A stretch of 63,785 nt of DNA, counting the filler, from Bipalium vagum (taxonomy: Eukaryota), in assembly GCA_037834085.1 (NCBI GenBank). It is 3 parts of 3 records of this genome, joined end to end, with 100 filler letters (N's around TTAATTAATTAA, not from the genome) between each part and the next. Parts side by side here need not be neighbours in the genome. Positions count along the whole stretch, not along the records: positions 27,179 to 46,995 come from JBBMKC010263860.1; positions 47,096 to 63,785 come from JBBMKC010093363.1; 1 more part is not named here. One strand, 5' to 3'. Both the position numbers and the translations under genes were made by a program. The notes beneath the pieces are model-generated. The model saw only the letters and a list, made by a program, of their open reading frames with translations, ran no database searches and was not told the origin of the DNA. Positions within the stretch are counted from its first letter, which is position 1. Every line of letters starts with the position of its first letter. Shown piece after piece: positions 34,201 to 47,705 of this stretch.

Positions 34201-37200
34201 CAAAATTAATTAATTAAGTCATTTAAGTAATTAATTTTTTAGCTTGCTTAACTAATTATGTAATTATAAGCAATAAATATTTAATTCTGAAAAGTGTTAG
34301 AAAATTATAATTCAAATAATATTTTAAAAAGTAATAATTACTAAGTAATAGACAACAGGTCAATCACTTTTTTTTATATTTCAATATTAACCAAGCTACG
34401 CCTATCTGATTTGATATCTTTTATTTGGTTAGGTTCTATCAAAATCTAATGTTTAACTCAAAAAATATACAGCAATAAGATTTATTAATGTCCATTCAAG
34501 AAGATATGAAAATATCAATGACACGCTTACAATCAATTAAAATTTAGTCAACTGCTCTTCATATCATATTCGCAAAATGTTTCAATTCTCACTAATACGC
34601 AACTGATGAATATATAAATAAAGGTAATGATGACAAAAAAAATAATAAGCAGTCTGCAAAAATGTAACAAAATAATAAAATTAATGGTATTATTACAATT
34701 AACCAACAATGAAATAATGGACAAAAACAAAAAAGAAAAGAAAAGAATTTTGGATGACCAGGCTCTCGAATCAACCACAAGATCCTTATAAATATAATTT
34801 TGCTATTCGGAAATGATTTAACCGTGTGAGCACTATTAAATAAAAAAGATTTCTGTCAACAATAATATTCTTTTTTTAACTTTAATCTGTCAAATTTTAT
34901 CTATTGAGATCTATGCTCGGAGAAAGCTTTTATATGACCCATGAAAGTTAACCAGAGCCCTCTCAGAGCTGATAGCTTATTCACTAATATTAATGACCAC
35001 CAAGCAATCCAAGTAGCATCAGCTGTTATCTCTGAAAGGATTTCGTCCTCATCTTGGTATGAAAAGAAGAATGTTGCATCATCTAATACTATCGGAATAA
35101 TAATTGAATTCACTGAAACGGCTACTGCTACCTAACGGAAAATTAAAATAAATATTATAACATAATTGTTCCTTTCTTTTTAGGTTTTTATCATTTTCAC
35201 AAACCCACTAAAGCAAAAGAAAATTAATACAGCAGCATCAACTACCTGATGAAAGATTTTCCTCCGTCTAATTGAACAAAAATTGAAAATACTTTATTTA
35301 TTACTAATAATATTTTTTTATTGTTTAAATGAATTTTATTATGTTATATTTATCCTTATCTTATGAGGAGAAACCCATCAACTTCAAATAAAGTATAAAA
35401 AATTGAGATCATGGATAGATGATAGAGGATAGATGGATATAATGATTTTATGTAAAGGATTCCATAATTGTAACATACAATATATCCTCTTTTATAAGAG
35501 TCTTTCTAGTCATTACTAAATAATATTTAAAATCCTTTTAATTATTAGACTTTTTAATTTTAAATGATTTTCGTGTGAGAAAAATATGTACCATGAGATT
35601 TAACGTTATGCAAAGTAGAGTTGTAAAGAAGATAAGAAAATTAAAAAACAAGAAAATACTAAAAAGATAAATAATATGAGAAAAATTTTAGTCTCCAAAA
35701 CAAATAATTAACTTATTATAATAAGTGATTTTAAGATTTTCACATTCCCGTTCTGACATTTACGTACTTCTCACTCATTCATTTGAAACAGTAGGGGTGA
35801 TGCCCTATTTGACATTTGTATTTCACTACTTTCAAATAATTAAACTTCGTGAATTTGATTGTTCCAAAATAAACGGCATATTGCTTATAGGCTCGCGATA
35901 AGTTAACAATAGTTATAATAGTTATTAATTAATTAATTAATAGTTATTATTAATCAATTAATTATTAATAGTTATTAATTTCATTAATTGGTCCATGAAT
36001 CAAAAGATTTTGACACAATCACTATCACATTGACGAACTTTTTTATATAAGCGTCTGAGCATCTGATGAAATCGTTCTCCTTAGCAAGTTTACGTTTATT
36101 AAATGTGGACGGTTATTAATGTACGTATTTTTTTTTTTTAAACTTAAGACATTTTTATAAAAATCCTATAAAATTGTTAACTTTTCTAATTTACCAATTT
36201 TTTTTTAAATGCAATTTTCAAGAACCAGTTGAGGCAATTTTAATATTTTTAATAAAATCGTTTAATATTTTTCATTAATTTTTTATTTTTATAGTTTGAC
36301 ATGTTTATTTATTTTAAATATATGTTTTCCTGAAAGTAACTTGTCTTTCATCTTAATTTCTTAGAAATATTTGATTTTTCATGTCAATTTTATAATTGAA
36401 AAAAGAAAGTTGAAATCAATTTTCATTCCGATAAATAAAGATTAAATCCGTTAATTTTATTTAAAATTTAATAAATTAATTAAAATATTTTATCTTTTTT
36501 TATTTAATATTTTTTAATTTATTTAAAATGTAATATTTATTTATTCATTTTTAATTTTAAAATTGAATATTTAATAAATTAATTACAGTTTTTATCAGTT
36601 GTTTTTTTATTTAATATTTATTTATTATTTAATATTTATTTTTTTTTTTATTTATTTAAAATTTAATATTTAATTCCCTTTTAATTTATTTTTAAATTTA
36701 ATATTTAATAAATTAATTAAATTAACTTAACAGTTGCTTTTTAATTATTTTTTAAAACGTTCAATAGGAATTTCAAATAATTTCCAAAGAAAACGCCAAC
36801 AATTCTAAGGAAAATAGTTCGAAATCTAAATATATATCTGACAACTCTCAACCGTGTGAAATAGTTCCCCAGAAGACCGATATCAATTTCAATATTCAGG
36901 AAATAGGCGCTAATCTTAATGCTGGTTCAAACACCTCCACAAATTCGACTTCCAATGACAATCCCTCATCTCAAGAATCCACTACAGCGGTGGTTGGATC
37001 TTCGGATCCTGACCAAAAATTGACGGATTTGTCGATTTCTTCAGCAACACCTAGTGATTCTAATAATGCACATACTTCCATAGATAATTTATCCCAACTT
37101 CCTAGCAATAACAACCAATCCTCCACCACATTGCACTCTATGGCTACTCCTCAAGCTTATAAACCTTTTGTTTGGGATTGGGTTGAAAAACATAGCGAAA

Positions 37201-40200
37201 TGAATGTTGATACTCCAAATCTGAACAAATCGGAAACCTTCTTATTCCAGCCAGACTCACCTGGCAATACCCAGTCACCACAGAAGCGAGTTATAAAACA
37301 TTGTGCAAAACATCAACAATTATTAAATAAATCCAAAACAAATATGACAAATGAACAAAATTCAGAAAATAACGAAAGGGAAGGTCGTAAAAGACATAAG
37401 TATTTTTAATCTTTATCAAATATTTTATTTATTTAATTAAGATCAGCCAAGCATAAAAGTGCTCAAGCTTCAATAAATAATGAAAATTATAAAATTAATC
37501 AATATAACAATTCATCCGTTGAGCCAAACTTTACAAGGGTAGCAGAATGGGTTCGATCGGTCTCTGAAGAAACCAGTAGGGCTCAAAGCTTATCGCCAGT
37601 TCGACGTAATAATACCACAAAGGATATTACTATAAATTTATCAAGAAAAGATAATAATCCCTCAAAGAGCTCATTGCAAACTACGTCAATTTACCGATCA
37701 TTGGACAGACATGTTCAGGGCTTTGCTAATATTTCTCAGCCTGTCATCTATCCAAACGTATTTGGGGATTCAGTGGATCTTGGCAGTTCTCCGGCCCCAT
37801 TTACTTATGTTCCGGCAGGCTCTCGAACTTTTGATTCCATCTCTTTTCCATCAAATCAGTTTTATCAGCAGGATATTGTCAGTATGAACAAAATACATTT
37901 ATCATCAAAACCTATACCTCAGAATTTTGATTTTGAATATCATTTAAAAAATCACCCCAACAGAATCAATTCGATGAATGATGAAAATCTGTCATGTAAC
38001 AATAATAATAACAATAACAATAATATCAATAATAATCAACAAAAATCACAAATTCAGTCAATAAAACAAAATATCCATGTCTCATCAAAACATAACAGTA
38101 AAAGCTCTCCCACCAAACAGCTCCTTGAACGACATTCTCCAAGTAAAGTTAGATCGAGTTCTTTAATAAAAAATGCCTTATTTGGTCGATGTAAATTGTC
38201 TTCCAGTAGTAATATTGACGATAATAATCAGTATTCAGCAACAAATTCTCCTTGTAAAATAAAATCTGCAAAGACCACTAACAAACATCCTAACGACTTC
38301 ATGCCCGTCAGTAATACCGGAGGATATCATTATGTTGTTATGACATCCAGTCTTAGTACTCCAACTAAATATCTGCAAGAAGAAACTTCCAAATCCTTCA
38401 AAAGAAGATCTTCAAGCATTTCACCAGATAAAAGTTCAAGCTCAAGCAGTGATAAAAAACAGATGACCAATTCAAATAGAAGAGATAAAGTAAAAGAAAA
38501 ATTGAAGGAAAACAAGATTGATAACAAAATAAAAATTAAAAAGGTAATTTTAAGAACATTGACAATATTTCATTTCATATTCTGTTTCATTTCCAAATAA
38601 ATTCACGAGAATTGAGATTATTATAGACATTCTTTTTGAAGTATGAGTTTAAGAAAATATACTTTTAAATAAGAAAGTGTTCCCATAAAAATTAGTTTTA
38701 TAATAATAACAATATTTATTATTGATATTATTAATAACTTGTGATATATCCTTGGCTAAAATTTTCTTGCAAATCTTTTGATAGATGCAAATGTTTTTCA
38801 TGAAGATAATTTCATAAATTCACATCAAATAATGGTTCTTTAGCGCTAGTGACCAATAAACAGCCTCCAGTAAACTTATTAACAATATTTATCAGGGATA
38901 AATGCGGATAAAACTGCTTTGACTATTTGATTTATAAATTGTTTTTCATTATTCAAGGATTCGGATATGAATGGTCCTATCATTGTTGGTAAGCCCTTTC
39001 TAATGCAGATTCTCTGTGCTTGATAATAGTTGATAGGTGATCAGACATTATTTGGTTGAAACCAATTAAGCATTATATTAGAGACTGGGATTTTACACAT
39101 TTTTAAACATAAGTACTAATTACAATGATTCAAACAATTTTTAATCATGCTTACAAATTAATTTTATGCATTAAAATTATAATTTATTTACAAAAAATTA
39201 TAAATTTTTTATTCAAAGTTACAAATATTTGTGCTTATAAAAATTAATATTTAATTTGTGTTAATATTGTTAAAATTTATTGGCGAATTATGTAAATTGG
39301 CGATTTATAGAAATTTTACATATAAAGGTTTAAAAGCTGGCGGTTTACAGAGAGTGGCGATTTTGAAAGGTTTTCCTGTATCTTGTTTTTAGAAAGTTTT
39401 ATAAAACTAAAAAAATTGAATTTTGAGTCAAAAGATTGTCCTATTAATAAGATAGTAATAATAATGATTATTGGATAACAATCAATGACAAAGAATAATA
39501 ATAATTTTAATATTTTTAATATTCTTTTTTTATCATTATTATTAACATATTATTAGAATGTTTGGGTGTGGGATGTTATATTTGTTGAGTAAAGTAAATT
39601 GACTAAAGCAAGTAAAAACTGTGAATTGTCTCTTAACTTAATAAAACCCCTATCTTTTTAATTAGAAACAATAAAATTCTTTATTCTAAATTATGTAAAT
39701 TATCAATCTAAATATTTATGCTGAATTTTCCCACAAAGTTTTTCTGAAATACTTCAATAAGTCTAATAACTAACTTCAATTGTTTCGAGATTATTTGTGA
39801 GTTAATATAAGCTCAATTTCCTTTGAATCCAAAATTAATGACAACTATATTAACCAATAGCTTAATATGGAAGTAATATGAATAAGGGTAAGAGGAAATT
39901 CGTTCTAAAAACACCTTACATTTGTCTATTTTGAAGATATTTTCAGTATTATGCCCATTTCTAATAGCAGACAATCTAAGAATTTCCATGATAATTATTA
40001 TTGAGAAGAAAATAATGAAAGTGATTTATTTTTTTCATTTCAAAAACTCCTTTCATATTCAGTATGGAAAGTCAATCGAAATAGTGTCAGACTAATTATT
40101 TTTATGTTAACTGGTATTTTATTTCAATAAATTATAATAATTAATAATATTTATTTGGTTTGGATTTTTATTATTAATTTTCATATTATTATTTTATTTC

Positions 40201-40253
40201 ATTATTATTGTTATTAATATTACCCTGTATAGTAGTAATTTTATTATTATTAC

Positions 40254-40316
<63 letters not shown>

Positions 40317-43300
40317 CTAAAATAAATCGATAAAATTTTAAAATAATTCAAAAAATATTTGTAGGAATCTAAGAAAAAGTTGAGTTTTTTAACCAGTCCA
40401 TTATTTGGAAAAAAGAAAGAAAAAGAAAAAAAATTAAATCCTAATATATCAAAACAAATCAAGCAATCAACAATTAACCAACCATTACAAATATGTAATA
40501 TCCATCATGGAAACCAAGAACATCCAACCAAAGTTATCAGTCCATATTGTACTGTGACCCAACCCAAGCACTCAGCACATTCAAGTAGTGGACATGGAAG
40601 TGATTGCTCAAGTATTTATGGACAGCAGCATAAATTTTCTGAACTTGCTGGCCATATCAAATGTAGAGAATGTACAGACATTGATGAAGAAGGAACATGT
40701 TTGAATCATATTGATAACATTGATCAGCACCAACTTCTACGGCGATCTCAAAGGCATGGAGGTGGTCATACAAGTAGTGGTTATGAGAGCATAATGAGAG
40801 ACAGCGAAGTTTCTTCCCAGAATGATTCTACCAGTGAAAGTTCACTTGGAGCTGCTCCAGCAGCTCAAACTCCAGAAAAGCAACAGTCTCAATGTATTAT
40901 AATAATTAAAAAACTTCCATTTATTATTAATATTATTCTTTATGTAGCATCATCGTCTTCATCTAAACAAAGCAGATCTGCTCCAAATCGATCAGAGGAA
41001 ACATCGGAAGACACCCAGAGTCCAGTAAGTGTTCGTAAAATGTCACCTAAGATTTCCCATCAAAACCAAATCAACAATCAGTTGAAGAAGGACAATGAAA
41101 TTAAGGTAATTTATTTTTAAAAATTATTTAACCTTTGTGAAAGAGTTTAAAATTAAAATATAAATATTTTTCAACACAAAAATTAATTGCAAAATTTTAT
41201 TAATTAAATTAAATTAATTATATTTTAATAATTTTATATTATAAATTTTAATTTTGAAAGTGTTATTTGATCTCATCAACTTTACAAAAACAGTTGTCCA
41301 CATAAAAATTTCATTTTCTGTTGAACTTCTTAACTGGTGTGGATTAACAAATGATCTTTTAATCTTATGATTTGAAAAATAAATTGAGACTATTTCATTC
41401 TTTCCAATCAAAATTTCCCAAGTGGTTTCTCTTTCCACCAACACACGAAACATCGACTTTTCTTTCTTCTGAATCTTTCCCATATCACATTAGCGGTTTA
41501 AATTGTTTGTTGATTTATATTCATTAAAGCAGCCGAATTTTTCCATATTATGCATTGTTTTTATTTCTATAGACTCATGCCAATGAAAATCTATGACTTA
41601 AAATTGTTGAAACCAATAACGGGAAGTTCTTTCAACTTAAGCACTGTTACCATAACTCTACAAGAAATTTATGTACATGAATTGCACTTTTCACAAAAAA
41701 AATATAAATTTCTTTTCAAATTAAATAAGATACACAGATAGCGCTTAAACAATATTTCATTTAAACAACAATATATATTTCAAAATTTTTTTTAATCAAA
41801 AATTAAATACAATTACCAAACAACGGAGTAATTCTTGTTCATTTTATATAATTATTAAAGAAGAGTGCTGATTATTTCATATTGTTTTTGCAATAATAAA
41901 ATGTATAAGTAAACATTTAATTTATAAATGAAAATAAAAGAAAACCTACATATAAAAACGTTAATCAACATTTTCTACAGGAAAAATGCAATTAACTTAA
42001 TTCGAAAACATTTACTAACAAGAATCTTATAAAAGTTTCTTATAAAAATAAATAGTCTTTATTAACTTCATCTTATGAATTTAATTGAAAAAATATATTC
42101 TGCTTCAAAAGAATTTCCATAGGTATTAGAATCACTACACGTGGAATCGATGTGATTCTTTATTTTATTGATTTAAGATTCTATTATTTCATAATTTCAA
42201 ATAAATTTAATTTTTACTTTTTAAAATATTTCCAATAAACACGATTGCTTATTTCACAATTATTTTATCATTTATTAATATTATAATAAATATTATCATA
42301 TAATATAATTTAAATAAATCAAGATATTGTAAGATAGAAGGACGATTAAAACATATGATTTTCGTTATACATCATGAAATCATAGAATTTTAAACCTTCA
42401 ACACAAGCCTTGCACAATGGATTACGGTCTTCAATGTCAATTTTATAGGTTTCGCAGAATTTATAGATTTCTACAATCGAACTTTTCGACTTAATTTTAT
42501 AAAATCTATAGAATTGTCAGAAACAATTTTAGATCTTAATTAAATTAGATTGAAAGAGAAGTATTGTCGTTTTTCTATATACAAATTTAAAGTTAAAATA
42601 TATTAAGATTTTGATTAGTATTTCTATAATTATTGATTTATAATATTAGGATTGGCAAGACCCTATTGAAATAAAACTTTATTTTATTATTTTAGGTTTG
42701 TCTGAATAGGTATAAGAGACAATGAAAACCACGAAAATTCGAATATTTATATTATATATTTATTTAAATTAAAGAGAAATGCATCAGAGAGTGCACGAAA
42801 TATTTCCGATGTGTGAGGCTAAGATTCAATTATCAAACGAGATGCTCTTCGTTGATACAAAAAATTCCGTTTTGGAGACAAGTCTATTTAAGATTAGTGT
42901 CGTTCAGGGCGACCAATAACTATTGATAACAGTACTTATTCAATCCTCAACAAAGAACTTGTGTATTTGCAAAAATATTTGTGGCTGAGAATACCGCAGT
43001 TTGCTATCATCTTTGATAAATTGGATAAGTCAAGAAGCTTCAAAAATTGATCCTACTTCAATTAAGTGAAAATTTCAAAAATCAACGTTTAAAATCAGAT
43101 CTGCATTACTAAGAAACAGAAATGAGGTTTTACTTAAAAGAATTATTACTTGTGACGAGAAATGAATATATCTTGACAATACCAGGCGTACCCGCAATCT
43201 GGTAGAGAAAAATTCTCAACTAAGAACAGTTGTAGAGTAAATGATTATTCTGTGGAAGGTGATAATAACTTTGTGGTTTTCTTTGAGATATATTATTCAT

Positions 43301-44481
43301 TAACAGTTCTTTTGACATTGAGAAACTATCACTGTGGATTCCTATTGTCCTCAAGTCAATGCTCGCCACGAAAATATGAGGTAAAACACTCATTATGAAT
43401 TAATCGTAACTGCCTGTTACTTTTTCAGGATTACAATCGGTCTCATTTTGAGAGATTAACTTTAAAAATTTATACAGTTGGGCTACAAAGCTTTACCTCA
43501 GTCACTTTACTCCCCAGACGTATCTCCCATAGATTATTATTTATTCTTAATTATTGGCAATTTCAAAAGAAATGTCATAATAAGAAATTCAAAAATCATG
43601 ATATCCATTTGCTTCTTTTTTCCCGTTATTCGTTTTTTAAAGATTGTATTAATAAAATCTTAGAATGTTGACAAAGTGTCGTTGATCTCAATGCTGATTA
43701 TCTTAATTAATAATTTTTTTTCATGGTGACTTATCGACTTTTGATTTTTGATATAAAATGACAATGCTTTCCCACAAATAAATAATTAGTTATACAGTGA
43801 AACCTCGTTAATTCGAACTCGGTTAATTTCGAAACGGTTGTTAGTTCCAACAGACATCTTATTAATTTATTATTTGTCAGTTAATTCAAACCTCAGATTA
43901 ACGATGTTTTACTGTATTATATATTATAATATATTATATTATATTATATTATATGATGAAATATAAACTAATACACTACAATAATAAGCGATGTTAAATT
44001 ACTTAATTTTTTATTTATCTAATTTCAGAAAATCGAAAAACAAATTCAATTTGAAAAAATTTATGATCTTCTAGCTCAACAAGATATGTTGAAAACTGAG
44101 TTGTTACAATCAAAAGAAAGAATATTGGTAGACCCTACTTCCTGGAGCTATGATTGTAAGTGTTTCATTTCTCTTTAATTTAATTAATGTTTCCTTATAA
44201 CCATTTATCTACATACAGTACATGTTGTCGAACAAATGGATCCCGAAGATTCCAGCTTTATTGAAGCTTTAGAAAAGGAAACAGATATTCTTCGTCGACG
44301 AGTTGAAGCATGTAAATCCCATGTTCTATTAATAACTTACTTTGATATCAAATATCGACATCCAATTCTTCCTGACTTAAAAAGTGTATCACTCAAAATG
44401 GACAGCAACAGAAGATCACCAATTATTGAAAAACCCCCAGAATGCCATTTCCTCGATTCGTGTAAGCCTTTAAAATGGTAA
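27727..44481 (+). CDS. KIF26: Kinesin-11 family KIF26/VAB-8-like protein, partial (end of motor, low-complexity stalk, C-terminal domain); exons 27727-28074, 33455-about 33708, 36768-37399, 37442-38543, 40365-40893, 40948-41105, 44029-44155, 44219-44481
   Basis: KIF26 signatures in the expected order: IQFASKLQRLKRRK (motor end), DYTSSSEQSCDTVIYLG, EMWVDGP, SSGHGSD, SSGYESIMRDSE, and the C-terminal block LKTELLQSKERILVDP..W...FIEALEKETDILRRRVEACKSHVLLITYFD. Splice phases are compatible; the exon-2 donor is ambiguous (33679 or 33708). Confidence 0.9.
29140..29720 (+). mobile_element. Degenerate Tc1/mariner (maT/DD37D-like) element in a KIF26 intron
   Basis: HTH-like start (IIIEYFSYSKPTVY) and downstream FFSDERYL (first catalytic D region). 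Confidence 0.45.
29780..30195 (+). mobile_element. Possible non-LTR retrotransposon 3' fragment (RNase H-like)
   Basis: GC-rich island with HVPAHTDL (RNase H WVPAHxG-like), ending in an A-rich ATAAATAAAA tail. Confidence 0.33.
31196..31257. repeat. (ATT)n microsatellite
   Basis: Directly visible perfect run. Confidence 0.95.
40243..40316. repeat. (ATT)n microsatellite
   Basis: Directly visible; about 50 nt upstream of a KIF26 acceptor. Confidence 0.95.
42646..43785 (+). mobile_element. Degenerate near full-length mariner in a KIF26 intron
   Basis: TA-TTAGGATTGG terminus. Motifs MKTTKIRIFILYLFK, RSGRP, RIITCDEK*I and LYSPDVSPIDYYLF, with many stops. Confidence 0.85.
43795..43914. mobile_element. 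120-bp pogo/Tigger-type MITE
   Basis: Terminal inverted repeats CAGTGAAACCTCGTTAAT / ATTAACGATGTTTTACTG (16 of 18 match), flanked by TA on both sides. Confidence 0.87.
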
Positions 44482-45975
44482 TAATTGTTGAGGATGACTT
44501 TCAATGAGGCCAATTTTGTTTGATAATATGAACGGATTAACTGTGTAAATTTGATTCATTTTATCGATAATATTGATAATTTAGGTGTTTATGTAAAAAT
44601 TCGTTTCAAAATTGATAATTCCAAATATAATTTAATTTCATAATTTAAATAAAATGATTATTATTGCTTTTCTATAATGGAGTTTTACATCTGTGATGTA
44701 CGTAGTATGATGTATTTATGATTTGGACGGGCTTTTATCCCCCTATATATATATTAAAATTTTGTTGAGATTGTATTTATATTGTATAAGAATTTATGTA
44801 GATTTATGAATATGATCATTGTATCAACAAAAGACAAAATAGAAATTTATAATTTGTGTAACTTTTATAAATTCAATTTTTAATAAGATAGAAAAAGAAA
44901 TATAATTGTAAAATAATTATATTATAAATTTTAGAGTAACTAAAAAATTATTTTCTAAAACGAGTTTAGAATATTAACTTAATTTCATGTTAAATATAAT
45001 TCTGTCTACACCCGACGCACAAAATAATGGAAACACTTAATATTAATATTAATGGCATTTTAATTTTCTGTTTTCATGTACAATTTTCTGCTGTACATTG
45101 GTAAATTGAATTCCATTTTATTTTTATTTTATTAATGTACATAACAATATATTTTATATTTATTGTGTATATTGTAGTAATTGTATTTAGAATCTGTTCT
45201 CATAGATGACTGATAGAATATTTTCATAACCTTGTTAGGATACTAATATCAATTTTATGTTATTATTACAAGACTTTTAGGATTGTTATGCTTTATTTTA
45301 CTCATGAAATCATACATATATACACATTAATGATGATCTTTAATCTTCTTTATGAAAAAGTTCTACCCTGACTATTCAGACATTCCCATGACTTCAAACT
45401 GACTGCCTATGTTTAGGAAAAATGTTTCTTTTAAAATTCTACATGTATTAAATGCACGTCAGAAGCAAAATATCAATAAGATTTGACGCGCCTCTACCTG
45501 ACTTGAATTCATCTGATAGTCGTTTTTTAGTAATCAGATTTGCTAATAATAGTAACTTTCCGATACTTAGATCAACTTGGAGACACATAAAATAGTTTCT
45601 TGCTTTGTGTGAGATTCTATCATTGATATGTTAGTTGAACTCTCAAACAATATCATAAAAATCGTCCACACTGTCATTCATACCTTTAATGACTAATCTG
45701 ATTTCTACAGTAGTTCTGGCCTCTTCCGGAATCTTTTTCACAATTTTCTATTGTTCGACTATAAATTAATAAAATATATCTGGAATTAAAGATATATTTT
45801 ACAGACTAGTGGATTAAATGCACACTAAATGTATCTTTCATTTTATTTAATACGTTTAAATGAATGTACTATTTTATTTATTTCCTGAAAAAAATTTTCT
45901 TCTCGACATCACACAATTTTTCCTTAAGTTAACGATAAAATTCTAATCTATTTTTGTTGCGCTTCGTGTGTAGTG

Positions 45976-46124
45976 ATGTTGAGAGTATGGCAGGGAGTCC
46001 AGCAGCCAGGTGGATCCATTTGGGACGATGAGACGTGTTTTCGTGTCTTGCGTCGGTGCGTGTGTGTGACGAGTAATTTTATGAAGGATCATTTAATTAG
46101 ATATTTTTCGGAAAATCAAAATTT
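45976..46124 (+). other. Candidate first exon (coding or 5'UTR) of an unidentified plus-strand gene
   Basis: Isolated GC-rich island. An ATG-initiated frame is open for 49 codons and ends exactly at a consensus GTAAGT donor. Confidence 0.35.
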
Positions 46125-46995
46125 GTAAGTCTCTTTGTGAGTATATGTGTTTAATATTGTCTGACTTGATCGAACGTTTACTCATCATTCATTGATGGAA
46201 GGAAAAAACATGAATATACTTATTTGACAATAGATATTATCAATCACAAAAATGAATCATCACCGTTGTTCTTGCATTTAAGGAATTGATAGATATATTT
46301 AAAAAGTCATCTATTCTGATACTGTTTTACAAAATCATGAATTATAATTCGATTTTTATGCATCCAAGCCTACTATTTTGATTTTTTGTTTCAGTAAAAG
46401 TTAGATTTATTTTTATTTTATCATAATGATAATATTATATTATATTAAATATTATTAATAATTTTTATTAATTATTTTAATGTGATTTTTAAAATTTTTT
46501 GTGTTAATATATGATAATAATAATAAAAATTACAAAAATTGGGAAAATGGTAAATTATAATTAACACTCTTGCATATTTAAAAATAAATATTTATTTTTA
46601 TTGACGATTTTTAGAAAATCTAATCCGTTTGGGCCTAGCTTAATAATTAAAGCTCCCAGATTTATATTATCCTAATGGAAAAGAGGTCACTCAGAGATGA
46701 AGAGTTTGTAGGCTTAGCATTGAAACCAGAACAAAAATTAGAGTTTAATCGACAATAGAAATGAGCGAAAAATAAGACAGTGAACCAAACGAGAACAAAA
46801 ATTATAGTTAAATCGAACAGAACAAACCGAGAACAAAGAAAAAAGCGAATAGAATCATTGATATTATTTTTAAGTGCTTTTTTGGTGAGTAAATTGATTC
46901 GAACGAACTATTATTTTGAGTCAGGATAAAATTTAGCTTGGTTAATATTTATTTGAATATTAACATTTTGATGTTTTAGAATTATCCAGTTATTT

Positions 46996-47095
46996 NNNNN
47001 NNNNNNNNNNNNNNNNNNNNNNNNNNNNNNNNNNNNNNNTTAATTAATTAANNNNNNNNNNNNNNNNNNNNNNNNNNNNNNNNNNNNNNNNNNNN
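46996..47095. other. Artificial assembly spacer (44 N + TTAATTAATTAA + 44 N)
   Basis: Same 100-nt structure as 27079-27178. Confidence 0.98.
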
Positions 47096-47705
47096 ATGAT
47101 TTATTCTAATATTTATATTAGACACTGAACAATAGATCAGACCCACTGGCAATCCGATAATTGTCATTAATGACTTTAATGGTTTCCCCTTCTGATTGTA
47201 GGCAATTTATCTTGTTATTAAACAATTGTAAACAAAGGGAAAAGGAAATTAAATGTGATCATTAAAAAAATCTGAAATCTTTAAAATTGTTGTCAAGTCT
47301 TGCCTTCTTTCAAATATCATGGACGATAATTTTCTTAAACGATTAATATTTTATTTATGAAGTTATATTTTTATTAATAATTAAAATTAAATTTTTCTCT
47401 ATACATGTATAAATGAATGCTTTGTTTGCTTATTTTTTTTCAATGTCTGCAATGTCCACAAGATTAATTTCTCCACGACCGCTATAGTATAATAATGACA
47501 ATAATGAAATGCATTATATATTAACATAAAACTTTGGGAAATATAAAAGTATAGACATTTCTTAAATTTCTTTAAAATATATCATGCCTGCAATATCTGG
47601 CATGATATCTATTGTTCTTAGATTCGTATTTAAAATATTATTTTTCAAAGGTAATAGTTTTTTCAAATAATATTTTAGTATAATAATATTATTATTATTA
47701 TAGTA

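Noticed and set aside
34500-35300. ORFs at 34548-35135 as a nested gene in KIF26
   Set aside because: No consistent frame or splice structure; more likely a very old Tc1/mariner relic, too weak to call.
35905-36725. AT-only quasi-palindromes and imperfect tandem repeats
   Set aside because: Low-complexity slippage products with no definable unit or spacer structure; not CRISPR-like.
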